Shown: positions 1 through 9,333 of the stretch, one piece after another
How positions within the stretch are numbered: position 1 is the stretch's first letter
Layout: every line of letters begins with the position of its first letter
NCBI GenBank assembly: GCA_050012255.1
Contig: JBEKHN010000003.1
Location: 64,001-128,000, forward strand
From: Candidatus Bathyarchaeia archaeon
GTDB taxonomy: Archaea; Thermoproteota; Bathyarchaeia; Bathyarchaeales; Bathycorpusculaceae
Length of the DNA: 64,000 nt
Direction of reading: 5' to 3'
Translations under genes and position numbers: made by a program
Notes under the pieces: generated by a model
What the model was told of the DNA's origin: nothing
The model's database searches: none
What the model saw: the letters and a program-made list of their open reading frames with translations, nothing else

Positions 1-37
1 GGGCTAGAGCCTTTGTCTTCTTGCCTCTCGAAGCCAT
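1..37 (-). CDS. 5' end of a gene running off the window edge (MASRGKKTKALA...)
   Basis: ATG at 37 on the minus strand, open to the window edge; too short to assign. Confidence 0.4.
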   Translation of the reverse strand, partial: MASRGKKTKALA

Positions 38-163
38 GGTTTTCACAACGTAGACATACGCCTTTAGCGTTCTGACGTATTAATGGGTTACTTAGAAGCT
101 TCGTACACTAGAAAAAGAGGGTTTGTCAAGGGGTTTATTTTCCCTTGGCTGGTGCTTCTTGAT

Positions 164-583
164 CTAGACTAGGAGAGTTACGTCTGCACCTGCTGCTATG
201 TTTAGGAATGTTGCTGCGCCGACCAATTCATCTACTTCCGGAATCAGGTCTTCTCTTTTGACGCTGAACATTTCCATGCTCGGAGTGCAGGCGTATATCT
301 TCAGGAGCCCCGAAGTCTTCATCCTCTTGAGCATTTCGTAGGGCGTCGGGTACTTCATCTGTTTCAACTTTTCTCTCATCGGTTTTTCCATCTGCTTATA
401 ATCGCTTGGCAAGCCTGCTTTTTCCATTGCCCCTTTGACGAGCGCTTGGAGACCCCAGAAAGTGAAGTAGAGGTGCGCTTCCCATCCCATCGACGTTGCG
501 GTTGACCCCAGTATGAAGGCGCATAGGAGTTTGTCCAGTGTTCCGCTGTGAACTACCAACGCTAGTTTCTTCTTTTCCGGCAT
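164..583 (-). CDS. DsrE/DsrF-like (DsrE2/peroxiredoxin-like) sulfur-relay protein
   Basis: LALVVHSGTLDK, LYFTFWGL, IYACTPSMEMF and VGAATFL motifs; likely start MPEKK at 583 (ORF track extends to 649). Confidence 0.85.
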   Translation of the reverse strand: MPEKKKLALVVHSGTLDKLLCAFILGSTATSMGWEAHLYFTFWGLQALVKGAMEKAGLPSDYKQMEKPMREKLKQMKYPTPYEMLKRMKTSGLLKIYACTPSMEMFSVKREDLIPEVDELVGAATFLNIAAGADVTLLV

Positions 584-727
584 ACGGTCACTTTCCATTT
601 TTAGATTAGAGGGGAATATGACATATGTAATATTTAATGCTTTCTGCATCCCCGTCGTTGAGTTGCGGTAGGAAAAAAGTGTGTTTCAAGGTGTTAGCAC
701 GAGATTCAGAGGAATTGTATTCGAAGC

Positions 728-1447
728 TTAGAGTATTTCCTCAGGGTGATCGACGAAAGTGTATTTTTCTCTTCTCAGAAGCTCGGCTGTCTGATTCCAT
801 AGTCCAGAGATTTTTTCAGAATCAGGTTCCTCTAAGATGTCTTGTATTTGACTTTCTAGGTTTGCAGGCTTTTTATGAAGAAAGCTAATTTCTTTCAACG
901 CCCACTGGGTCCTAGGAGCCCATCTTTCGTTTAGGTTAAAAAGCAATCGAATTAATTCCTGAATGGCGATCGCAGCATAAATCCTCGCGGCCCCACGGTT
1001 GTTGTGTTCAAGGCAGCTCAGCGATTTCAGAGTGTTCTCCCAATAACCAATGTAGTATCGTTTCAGTCGTTCCAGCCTCGAACCCGTGTCATAGCTCGTT
1101 ATCTCCCTTAATGCTTCTTCTAGAGTGTTTGTCTTGTCGAACAAGACAATGGAGTCTTGGAAGTCCCAGTGATCTTCGTCGCTTTTGGAGTTTTTGATAT
1201 CGCGAAGCATGTCGGCCGTTGTGAATTTCAAGTCATACTCTTCGGTGTGGATAACTTTTCGGAAGTTCTTCTCAAGCATCGCATACTTCTCTTCAGTGAC
1301 GACCAGTACGAGGTCAACGTCAGAAAATTCATCGTCGTAGCCTTTCACTGCAGACCCGATCTGAATGATTCCCAAGACTGCTTCGTCAGTTCTGTAAGTG
1401 TCCAGCAACTTTTCGACCAATTTCTTCCGCGACTCCACAGAGACCAC
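728..1447 (-). CDS. Pol-beta-superfamily nucleotidyltransferase with C-terminal helical domain (DUF4037-like)
   Basis: IGSAVKGYDDEFSDVDL (GS...DxD) motif. Confidence 0.75.
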   Translation of the reverse strand: MVSVESRKKLVEKLLDTYRTDEAVLGIIQIGSAVKGYDDEFSDVDLVLVVTEEKYAMLEKNFRKVIHTEEYDLKFTTADMLRDIKNSKSDEDHWDFQDSIVLFDKTNTLEEALREITSYDTGSRLERLKRYYIGYWENTLKSLSCLEHNNRGAARIYAAIAIQELIRLLFNLNERWAPRTQWALKEISFLHKKPANLESQIQDILEEPDSEKISGLWNQTAELLRREKYTFVDHPEEIL

Positions 1448-1549
1448 CGCTCATAGCAGAGTTGATTTCTCATTTCTCACTCGTCACTTTCCCCAACGGT
1501 GACAAGACTAAAAAGACTATCTGGGAATGCTTAGAAATGAGATTTGAAT

Positions 1550-4159
1550 TCAAATGCCATTTTCGTATTTCGCTAGGGCAGCTATTTCGATTGGCACCAC
1601 TTTTCTGTACACGCACTCTGGTTTTCGTACAACCCCATCAACGTTCAAAAGATCTTTAACTCGTATGCCGAATAACTTTTCGTTTTCTTTCAGCAGCGGC
1701 AAGATTTTCCCCCAGTCTTCTCCGGAGATTGTGCTAATTCTGCCGCCGTTAAGCTGGTCTTCACCGACCGTCTCTCTAGGGTCTCTCAGGTACACAGCGC
1801 TTGCCGCGGCGAGAGGAAACAGGTTTCCGCCTTGGTAGGGGGTTTCTTGCTCTGCGATTTTTCCGTGGTCATCAAACGTCATTCCGTTAAGAATTATAAA
1901 CCCTCTCGCTGCCATGCAAGATTCGCCCATATAATCCTTGCATGAACCATTGATGACAGCCGTGGCACTTCCAACAGCGTTGATCAGCGGTCTGTCGATC
2001 AGATCCCCCAGAATGAACGTCACTCCGCCCTTGGCGCCGTATTCGAATGCTTTTCCCGCGTCTCCGAAGATTACCAGTTTTCCTGATTTGAAGCAGTAAG
2101 CCACAGAGTCCTGAGCGCTTTCGTGCACGTAAAACTCTGGGCCGTCTGCAAAAGCGGCAAGGCAGTCGCCGACTCTTCCGTATACGTCGACTCTAACCTT
2201 GTCTCTTGAAACGAGACCAGCTCCGAAGTTTCTCTGCCCTCTGAAGTTGTAGGCGATGAAGTTCTTCCAGCCTAGTTCGTAGGCCCTTTCAAGAAACTGG
2301 CATGTTCCCCCTTCTCCCTCGGGCTGAAATTCAGAGGCGTCTATAATGAGAGTTTGACTCAAACGTGTTGGGCTTCTTAGGTGTTTTCTCTCTTTAAAGT
2401 TGATCAAACAGTAACTGCTGTTCACGTTGGATCCTGCAGAATGCGCTGAATCGAAAATGTCGAAGAGTTTCTCTTCTAGCAGAGAGACAATGTCACTTCT
2501 TCTCTTGCCACCGCTATCATATCTTCTGTCTATTAGCAATGTAAGCGTCTCTATAACGACTGATTTCTCTTCATCTCCTTTGTCAGCATATTTCTTCATG
2601 GTTTCTGCAAACGAACACACCTCGCCGAAACTCCAGTCTCCGATGCTCTTTGCAGCGTATGCGAACAGGTCGACGGCAGTTCGCCTTCCTTTTAGTCTTT
2701 CATCAAAACTAGAAGGTCGAGGTGGATCATGAATGTTTATTCTCCTGTAATGTTGCTGGCTTCTCGTGGCTGAGATTGGTTTCCCAAACTTGTCAGTGCA
2801 CGTGAGGTTCTTTGATTTGTCGACGGTGAAAACAAAGGCGCCTCCGTCAGTGTAACTGCCTCCTCTGGCATACCAGTAACGGTCGCACATTGGATAGAAT
2901 CTTGGGTCCTCCTTCGATAGATCTTGTACCATTGCGTCTATTGCCTGTTTCTCGGAGGCTATGAATCCCATTTTAACTTCTCCTTCTTGGAGTGCAAAGA
3001 CCTGCGGTCTCAGCATTGAGGTGTCAGTTATGCCGATTAGCTGGAACTCATTTTTGTAAGGATTGTTTCTGGCAATGATGAAGAACCATGGTCCGTCTGG
3101 AGAGCTCTGAACGTGCGTTGCTTGGACAGCCTTGTAGATTTTCTTCTTGTTCTCTGGAAGCATCGCAAAGTCTCTTTCAGTCGTTGGGGCAATGGCTTCA
3201 ATTGCGTATTCCAGCGGGTATCCATAGATCCTCGTTAAAAGGTCCCAGTATAGGGCAGCAACTTCCGTGTCCGTCAGGAATAGGGGGAAAATCTCTCTCT
3301 GTCTCAGGTATTCTGTTATTGAGTGATAATTTGCAAAATCGCCGTTGTGAACCAAGGCATCGTGCAAGCCTATGAATGGGTGGGAACCGCCGGGATGCCA
3401 GATTTTTCCCTTCGTTGGGTATCTTTGATGTCCAATCCAAATGTGTGCTTCAAGGTCTTCAAGTTGATAGTACCGGAGAACTTGTTCAGCATATCCTACA
3501 ATTTTAAAGACGACAATGTTTTTTCCATGAGAAAGAACGAAGGCTTTCTTTTCGCCCAGAGAAGCGTAATATTTTTTGTTGAGGGCAAAACTGTTTCTGT
3601 AGATGAACTCATCCTCTGCTTTTCCGGATTCGAAACCTTCAAACCCATTCTTCTCGATGAATTGCCTCAGTCTATCTTCTTTTGCTCTTACGAAATATCT
3701 CCAAACCTCTGGAGGCCTTACTTCTAGACCTATGCTTATGTGGTTCTCGATCACAGGGATTTTCTCTACGTGCTCAACGTTGAGGTTGGAATTTATGAAT
3801 TGAGATTCAACTTCCCTTCTTGATTTTGGGTCAATGTAGGCTATTTGCAATATGTAATCTTCTTCCAAGACCCTCTGCGAAACGCCTAGTTGCTTCGCAG
3901 AAAGACCGACGGCCGCTATGCCGCCGCCCTTACCGTTTCCTCTGTTGTGCATCTGAATAAGTGGCCTTAGTAAGTGTCTTCCTTTTATCGGGATGGAGCT
4001 GGCCACTCCAAGGACGCCGCATCCCCCTTCCGCCACTTTCTCATAGACCGGATTATTGGAGTGGTCTGTGACACATTCTTTCCTTGGAACTATTGGATTT
4101 TGACCGTTTCTGTCCAAAGCTGTCACCTCAAATGGTCGAGATGAACCATGTGTCCGCAT
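1550..4159 (-). CDS. gltB: Glutamate synthase subunit: class II glutamine amidotransferase fused to GXGXG beta-helix domain
   Basis: EGGCGVLG (Ntn Cys), MHNRGNG, GHQRYPT, HPF, VHNGDFANY, TDTE; C-terminal GDAGKAFEYGAKGG/DYMGESC repeats; true start probably near 4125. Confidence 0.9.
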   Translation of the reverse strand: MRTHGSSRPFEVTALDRNGQNPIVPRKECVTDHSNNPVYEKVAEGGCGVLGVASSIPIKGRHLLRPLIQMHNRGNGKGGGIAAVGLSAKQLGVSQRVLEEDYILQIAYIDPKSRREVESQFINSNLNVEHVEKIPVIENHISIGLEVRPPEVWRYFVRAKEDRLRQFIEKNGFEGFESGKAEDEFIYRNSFALNKKYYASLGEKKAFVLSHGKNIVVFKIVGYAEQVLRYYQLEDLEAHIWIGHQRYPTKGKIWHPGGSHPFIGLHDALVHNGDFANYHSITEYLRQREIFPLFLTDTEVAALYWDLLTRIYGYPLEYAIEAIAPTTERDFAMLPENKKKIYKAVQATHVQSSPDGPWFFIIARNNPYKNEFQLIGITDTSMLRPQVFALQEGEVKMGFIASEKQAIDAMVQDLSKEDPRFYPMCDRYWYARGGSYTDGGAFVFTVDKSKNLTCTDKFGKPISATRSQQHYRRINIHDPPRPSSFDERLKGRRTAVDLFAYAAKSIGDWSFGEVCSFAETMKKYADKGDEEKSVVIETLTLLIDRRYDSGGKRRSDIVSLLEEKLFDIFDSAHSAGSNVNSSYCLINFKERKHLRSPTRLSQTLIIDASEFQPEGEGGTCQFLERAYELGWKNFIAYNFRGQRNFGAGLVSRDKVRVDVYGRVGDCLAAFADGPEFYVHESAQDSVAYCFKSGKLVIFGDAGKAFEYGAKGGVTFILGDLIDRPLINAVGSATAVINGSCKDYMGESCMAARGFIILNGMTFDDHGKIAEQETPYQGGNLFPLAAASAVYLRDPRETVGEDQLNGGRISTISGEDWGKILPLLKENEKLFGIRVKDLLNVDGVVRKPECVYRKVVPIEIAALAKYENGI

Positions 4160-5673
4160 CGGCCTCTTTTGAACTTCACTTCATCGCGGGGTCGAAGTTC
4201 TCGGATGCTCTCTAAACCAAGCTTCCTCAGAATATAGCTCCACTGTGCCTTCCATGAACTGTAAAGGTTGATTATTCTTTGAGAACCCCAGTCTACGTCG
4301 ATGAAATACTTAAGCGCTGGGTCCGTTGTGGCTATTCCAGCCGGGCAGCCTTTTCCTCTTTCACAGTTTTCACACCTTTTACATCCGAGTGCGACTAGTT
4401 CCGCTGTTCCAATTACCGCTCCATCCGCTCCTAAGGCTATAGCCTTAGCAACGTCGAATGCCGTCCTTATCCCACCGCTGGCCATTATCGTTATCTCGTC
4501 TCTGACTCCTTCTCTTACCAAGTAGTTGTGAACGATTGGGATTGCATATTCAACTGGCATAGCAATGTTTTTCTTAGCTATATCCGGAGCTGCCCCTGTT
4601 CCGCCGTACCCGCCGTCTATTTGCAGAATGTGGGCTCCTGCGTAATAACTTCCGATCGCTACCATATCAACGTCTGTGGGAGTTGAAACTTTCACAGAAA
4701 TGAGGGCTTGAGGGTTTATGTCTTCCATCAATTGAACGTGTCTGTAGTGATCCTCAACGGAGTAAACGTTATGAAAGGGGAATGGAGAAAACAGACTTAT
4801 GTAGGGGACTACCTCGCGTATTGCTGCAACATCAGGAGTGACCTTGTCAGCAAGTAAGTGTCCTCCTAAGCCGGGTTTCGCGCCCTGCGCGTATTTCAGA
4901 ACAATAATCTTTGTTCTCTTAACAGTATTGGCATTCACCCCGAAGTGGCCGGTAGCAACTTGCGTTATAACGTGATTCTTGTACTGGATTAACTCGTCAG
5001 GATAGCCGCCCTCACCCGTGCTGGTAAAGGTGTTCCAGGCCTCAGCTGCTTTGGCTCTTGCAAGCATCACGTTCAAGCTTACGGAGCCAAAGGACATATC
5101 CCCGCCGTAGACTGGAATAGGAATCTTGATGTCTGGTCGTCCGTCATTTCTCTTGTTCAGAACTATAGAAGTATCCCTGTCCTCTTCGTTAGTCAGCTCA
5201 TCCTCGCAAAGTCCTTTGTCATAAAGTTCAAAATCAAATCGCAGCTTGTCAAAACCTCCCCCAGAGCCCCCAACTCTATGCTCGTATTTTCTCGATACCT
5301 TTCCGACTTCAGCCTCTTCCCAAGTTGACATTACTAAGTCAGCAGTCCATCGTAGGTCGCCGAGGGCAAGGTACTGTGGGCTGAGTTTAACGGACAAAGC
5401 CTTGTCTGGGCACTCGTTCACGCACCGGTTACAAGAAAAGCCTGCACAAGAAATCTTTGGAACGGCTAGGCGCAGGTATCCACTGGGCTTTTTGTAGGCT
5501 TCATAATCGATCGATGAAGATCCTATGCATGATGGGCAGACTTCCGCGCAAATTCCGCACATTGAACATTTGGACCTATCCATGATCACTTCATACTTCT
5601 CTATTGAGCCTAGAAATTGAAAAGGCGTGGGCTTTACTTCTGGCGTTTGAAAAAGGAGTTCCTTCTGCATCAT
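4123..5673 (-). CDS. gltB: Glutamate synthase FMN-binding subunit with N-terminal ferredoxin domain
   Basis: CxxCxxCxxxCP; MSFGSVS, STGEGG, QVATGHFGV, QGAKPGLGGHL, GGTGAAP, CxxCxxC...CPAGIAT. Confidence 0.92.
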   Translation of the reverse strand: MMQKELLFQTPEVKPTPFQFLGSIEKYEVIMDRSKCSMCGICAEVCPSCIGSSSIDYEAYKKPSGYLRLAVPKISCAGFSCNRCVNECPDKALSVKLSPQYLALGDLRWTADLVMSTWEEAEVGKVSRKYEHRVGGSGGGFDKLRFDFELYDKGLCEDELTNEEDRDTSIVLNKRNDGRPDIKIPIPVYGGDMSFGSVSLNVMLARAKAAEAWNTFTSTGEGGYPDELIQYKNHVITQVATGHFGVNANTVKRTKIIVLKYAQGAKPGLGGHLLADKVTPDVAAIREVVPYISLFSPFPFHNVYSVEDHYRHVQLMEDINPQALISVKVSTPTDVDMVAIGSYYAGAHILQIDGGYGGTGAAPDIAKKNIAMPVEYAIPIVHNYLVREGVRDEITIMASGGIRTAFDVAKAIALGADGAVIGTAELVALGCKRCENCERGKGCPAGIATTDPALKYFIDVDWGSQRIINLYSSWKAQWSYILRKLGLESIRELRPRDEVKFKRGRCGHMVHLDHLR

Positions 5674-7046
5674 TCTTCGTCACCAAAAATCTTTGCTTCA
5701 AGGTCCTCATAGAACATCGCTCTGCCAACCTCGCCTGTTTGCCTTCTCACTTCCCGCAAACCCATTCCCCCGAGCACCTCCAACAGTTGGTCCCTCCATG
5801 CGCCGATCAAGTTTGTGATTCTCTGGGTTGCCAGTTCCACGTCTCCACCTTCCAGATTCATCAGGCAGTCTTCGCTGTGCCTATTTCCATAGCAAACTTT
5901 GCATCCGAGGGCAATTTGATATGCCATTCCAACCGCGACAGCATTGGCCCCGAGAATTATCGATTTGGGAACATGGGCTGCCTCCGCTATTCCCCCGCTG
6001 GAGATCAGAGTGATCTTTTCCCGATTGCGTTTATCAACGAGATGTGAGTGAACAGAACGGATGGCGCTTTTTATCACGTCAGGGTCTCGCTCAACAGCTC
6101 CATCGTCAACGTGAAGGTGAACGATGTCGCCTCCCATCTCTGCAATTGCATCCGCTCTTTCAGGAGCCTCTTTATCATAAGACAAGTAGAAGGAGACTAA
6201 CGCTGAAGGATTAGTCACTTTAACCTTCTTTAACTGATCCCTTATGTCGCCATCGCTAAACTCAACTTCAACGATTTGCGACTTTTTGATCAGATCTTCA
6301 AACTCATCTATTTCGTCCGAGTTAATTCTAGGTATCAGATTTGCTTTGAAACGGGCTAGGCCGGACGAATATTCCCTTGCGTTCACTATGGCAAAGGTCT
6401 TGAGCCTACGGGCAGCCTTCGCCAAAGCTAACTGGAGACTCCGACCTGTTTCGCAACTGAGTGGAGGTTCAAAAATTATGGGTATAGGAATCTCTACAGT
6501 TCTGGGAACGTTGGAAACCAGCTTCTCATTCTCGTCAAATTCAAGGGATTGAAGTCTCCTTCCCAAATCTACCGAAGTCGAAATATACTCTCTACCATGA
6601 ATTCCATCCCTCGTCGGTCTAACTATCTCTGAAAAATCGAACCAGATGCTGTCAAAACCCTCTCCCGCAAAAGGACCGGTATACCCAGCGCCAGAAACAG
6701 GAACCCTACCGGTTTCTGCTTCAAAATAGATTGTCTTTATCCTTTCTGGAGAAAAATAGGAATTTCCTAATTTTTCAAACTCAGGGTTGATTCCGATTGA
6801 AATGGCGCCCTTCGGGCATTTTAAGACACACATGTAACACCCCCTGCACAGATCCTGGATGGGCTCTGCAATCTGGCCGTCCTCGCTCGCCTCGTGCACA
6901 CCGTATATGCAAGCTTGGGTACATTCCTGAGCATTTGTACAGTTGTTATAGCGATTGACTGCATACTTTGGAGGCAATTTGATTTTTGGCGGTGCATCTT
7001 TCACCTCTATATAATATCTTTCGTAGACGGATTTCATCAAAAGCAC
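5670..7046 (-). CDS. Second, divergent glutamate-synthase FMN-barrel subunit with 2x[4Fe-4S] domain
   Basis: CRGCYMCVLKCP; SGGIAEAAHVPKSIILGANAV; LEVLGGMGLREVR; lacks the QGAKPG/GEGG motifs. Confidence 0.8.
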   Translation of the reverse strand: MLLMKSVYERYYIEVKDAPPKIKLPPKYAVNRYNNCTNAQECTQACIYGVHEASEDGQIAEPIQDLCRGCYMCVLKCPKGAISIGINPEFEKLGNSYFSPERIKTIYFEAETGRVPVSGAGYTGPFAGEGFDSIWFDFSEIVRPTRDGIHGREYISTSVDLGRRLQSLEFDENEKLVSNVPRTVEIPIPIIFEPPLSCETGRSLQLALAKAARRLKTFAIVNAREYSSGLARFKANLIPRINSDEIDEFEDLIKKSQIVEVEFSDGDIRDQLKKVKVTNPSALVSFYLSYDKEAPERADAIAEMGGDIVHLHVDDGAVERDPDVIKSAIRSVHSHLVDKRNREKITLISSGGIAEAAHVPKSIILGANAVAVGMAYQIALGCKVCYGNRHSEDCLMNLEGGDVELATQRITNLIGAWRDQLLEVLGGMGLREVRRQTGEVGRAMFYEDLEAKIFGDEE

Positions 7047-7338
7047 CTAGCCCAAGAATCGCAGTTCGGGATTGTTTGTAGCTTAACGAGTGTCATGTTG
7101 TTACCTTAATGTGCAAATTAATAATATAATGAAGTCGAAGTGTACACATAAAAACTTTATTGCCATATTGGAAGTCAAATGTTAAGCAAACAATGTAAAT
7201 ATTGGATGAACGTACAGTAACACCTTCTTAACCAAGCATCTGGACGGAACAAATGTCAAAATCTTCGTTGACTGCTGATGCTAAACTTTCGTTCAAGCTC
7301 CCGATTTAGTGATGGATGCGGATTGGATTTTCACAGTT

Positions 7339-8328
7339 TCACAGGTCGTGAATTACCCCTGGTGTTTTGGGAAAAACCTGCGTCTCTCCGATGTGCTTGG
7401 CTCCAACTATCCAGCTGACGAGTCTTTCTATGCCTATCCCAGCGCCGGCTGAGGGTTTCAGTCTTCCCTCTTTGGCGAGTTTGAGCAGGAGCTTGTAGTT
7501 CTCCTTTCTTACGCCGTCTCTCTCCATTTTTCCGGCTATCTTGTCGTATTCGAACTCCCTTCTTGCACCGGACAAGACCTCTCCGTATCCCGGCAGGTAT
7601 AGGTCGTAGTTGTCCCATTTGCCGCTCTCCGGGTCCTCAAAATCGTAGAATTCTCGGGGAATGTTAGTCACCCAAATGGGGTGCTCAGTTTCGTATGGTA
7701 TTTGGAGTTCCCATCCTGTTCCATAGTCTGCTTCAAGTTCTGCCCTATCGTAGACTCTGAAGGGTGTTCTTGGTGTTTTCAAACCGCCATTTTCTCTCAG
7801 AAAGAGCAGCTCGTCCCTCATGTTCGTTTTCAAACTGCCTATCAGCCGCGAGGCGATTGTTTCAACCAGGCTTCTGATATCCTGTGATTTCGTGTCTCTG
7901 GCTTCAAAGTCGAGTTGAGTGAACTCGTAGGCGTGCATTCCGGTGGCTGCCCTTTCACTTTTTTCTATCCTAACGTTTGGAGAAAGTATGAATAGTTTAG
8001 GAACGGCTAAAGAGCAAGCGACCATCTTGTGAACTATCATGCTTGTCGTTGTTCTAACTGTTTTCCCATAGATTTCGACCTCGATGCGTTTTTCAATGGA
8101 CGCACATGAATCTGGCCACAGAGGATCCGTTGACTGCGAAAATATGACCGGTAACATCCATTCAAAGTCGCTATCCGTGAATTCTTGAGTAAGGTACTTT
8201 AAAGTGTAAGTCATGATCCTGCTGATTCGCTGCTTTCTTTGAATTTCATATTCAGACAACTCTTCCAAGGGCTTGGGCAACTGGGCAACCGGGAGACTTC
8301 GCTGCGGACAGGAACGTTTTTCACTCAT
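7339..8328 (-). CDS. asnA: Archaeal ammonia-dependent asparagine synthetase A (AspRS/AsnRS catalytic-core paralogue)
   Basis: TDPLWPD, SPNVRIE, HAYEFTQLDFE, GEVLSGARRE, SAGAGIGIERL; no anticodon-binding domain. Confidence 0.9.
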   Translation of the reverse strand: MSEKRSCPQRSLPVAQLPKPLEELSEYEIQRKQRISRIMTYTLKYLTQEFTDSDFEWMLPVIFSQSTDPLWPDSCASIEKRIEVEIYGKTVRTTTSMIVHKMVACSLAVPKLFILSPNVRIEKSERAATGMHAYEFTQLDFEARDTKSQDIRSLVETIASRLIGSLKTNMRDELLFLRENGGLKTPRTPFRVYDRAELEADYGTGWELQIPYETEHPIWVTNIPREFYDFEDPESGKWDNYDLYLPGYGEVLSGARREFEYDKIAGKMERDGVRKENYKLLLKLAKEGRLKPSAGAGIGIERLVSWIVGAKHIGETQVFPKTPGVIHDL

Positions 8329-8489
8329 CCAATCACCTTCTTGGTTTCGGCACGTCTTGTTAACCCAGATTAACCAGCGTTATTGCCTGTAAGAAAGAGT
8401 GGGCTGGGTAATAAATTTTTTATAAGAAAAATTGAAATTTTTTCAGAAAAAGATAGATTTTTATAGCTATAGATGTAATAATTACAAGT

Positions 8490-8996
8490 ATGGAAGCGAA
8501 GCTCGACGAGAAAGATGTAGCGATCTTGATGCTTATACAAAGAGACTGCAAACTCACGGCGAGGGAGATCGCGAGAAGAGTGGACTCGCCGATAACGACT
8601 GTTTTCGCGAAGATAAAGCGTATGGAAGAGCTGGGCATAATCAAAGGGTACAAAGCGATTTTGGATTCAACAAAGCTTGACCGCGGTGCAACCGCTTTCA
8701 TTTTGGCCTCCGTTTCTTATGAAACGAAAAATGATGGTACTCAAGTCTCTCAGAGGAGCATGGCCAAAGAAATCGCAAGATTTCCAGAGGTCCAAGAAGT
8801 TCACATAATTACAGGGGACTGGGATTTGTTAATGAAAGTCAAAGGCAAAGATGTTGACGTAGTGGGAAAATTTGTTATTGACAGGTTAAGGATGGTCAGG
8901 GGAATAGAGAAAACCCTCACGTGCATGGTTTTCGAAACTTGCAAGGAAACCACAGAAATAGACGTTGGCACAAACGTATTCAAGAGAAGCAAATAA
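8490..8996 (+). CDS. Lrp/AsnC family transcriptional regulator, divergent from asnA
   Basis: N-terminal HTH (LDEKDVAIL...IKRMEELGIIKGY) and RAM domain (EVHIITGDWDLL). Confidence 0.93.
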   Translation: MEAKLDEKDVAILMLIQRDCKLTAREIARRVDSPITTVFAKIKRMEELGIIKGYKAILDSTKLDRGATAFILASVSYETKNDGTQVSQRSMAKEIARFPEVQEVHIITGDWDLLMKVKGKDVDVVGKFVIDRLRMVRGIEKTLTCMVFETCKETTEIDVGTNVFKRSK

Positions 8997-9164
8997 AACC
9001 TTCTGGCAGACGAGACAAGCGAAGAGCTTGCAGAAAACGTGACTATCGACCTTGATCACAGTGGGCGCATTATAGGTATAGAAATGTTGAGCGCAACAAA
9101 AAACTTGGGAAAGGAACTGGCCAACAAAATCCTGAACACCGAGAAAATAGTTGCGGCGGCCTGA
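8997..9164 (+). pseudogene. N-terminally truncated DUF2283-like fragment
   Basis: Reads ...ADETSEELAENVTIDLDHSGRIIGIEMLSATKNLG...*, in frame after the Lrp TAA, with no start upstream of the conserved core. Confidence 0.65.
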
Positions 9165-9207
9165 GTTATTGTGGAAGCTTGGCCAAACTCAAACTGTGCC
9201 TAGAATG

Positions 9208-9285
9208 TGGTGCTCCGGCCGGGATTTGGACCCGGGTCTCCGGCTCGAAAGGCCGGAATACTTAACCGGGCTATACTACCGGAGC
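9208..9285 (-). tRNA. tRNA-Glu(TTC), CCA encoded
   Basis: Cloverleaf: GCTCCGG acceptor; CCGGC-CT-TTC-GA-GCCGG anticodon arm; T-arm CCGGG-TCCAAAT-CCCGG; ACCA end. Confidence 0.95.
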
Positions 9286-9333
9286 GTTTTAGCCCGATGC
9301 ATCATGCAGAGTATTTCTTCGTTCGAATAAAGG

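Noticed and set aside
145-160. TGGTGCT as an att-site copy of the tRNA-Glu 3' end
   Set aside because: Only a 7-bp match and no integrase; expected by chance
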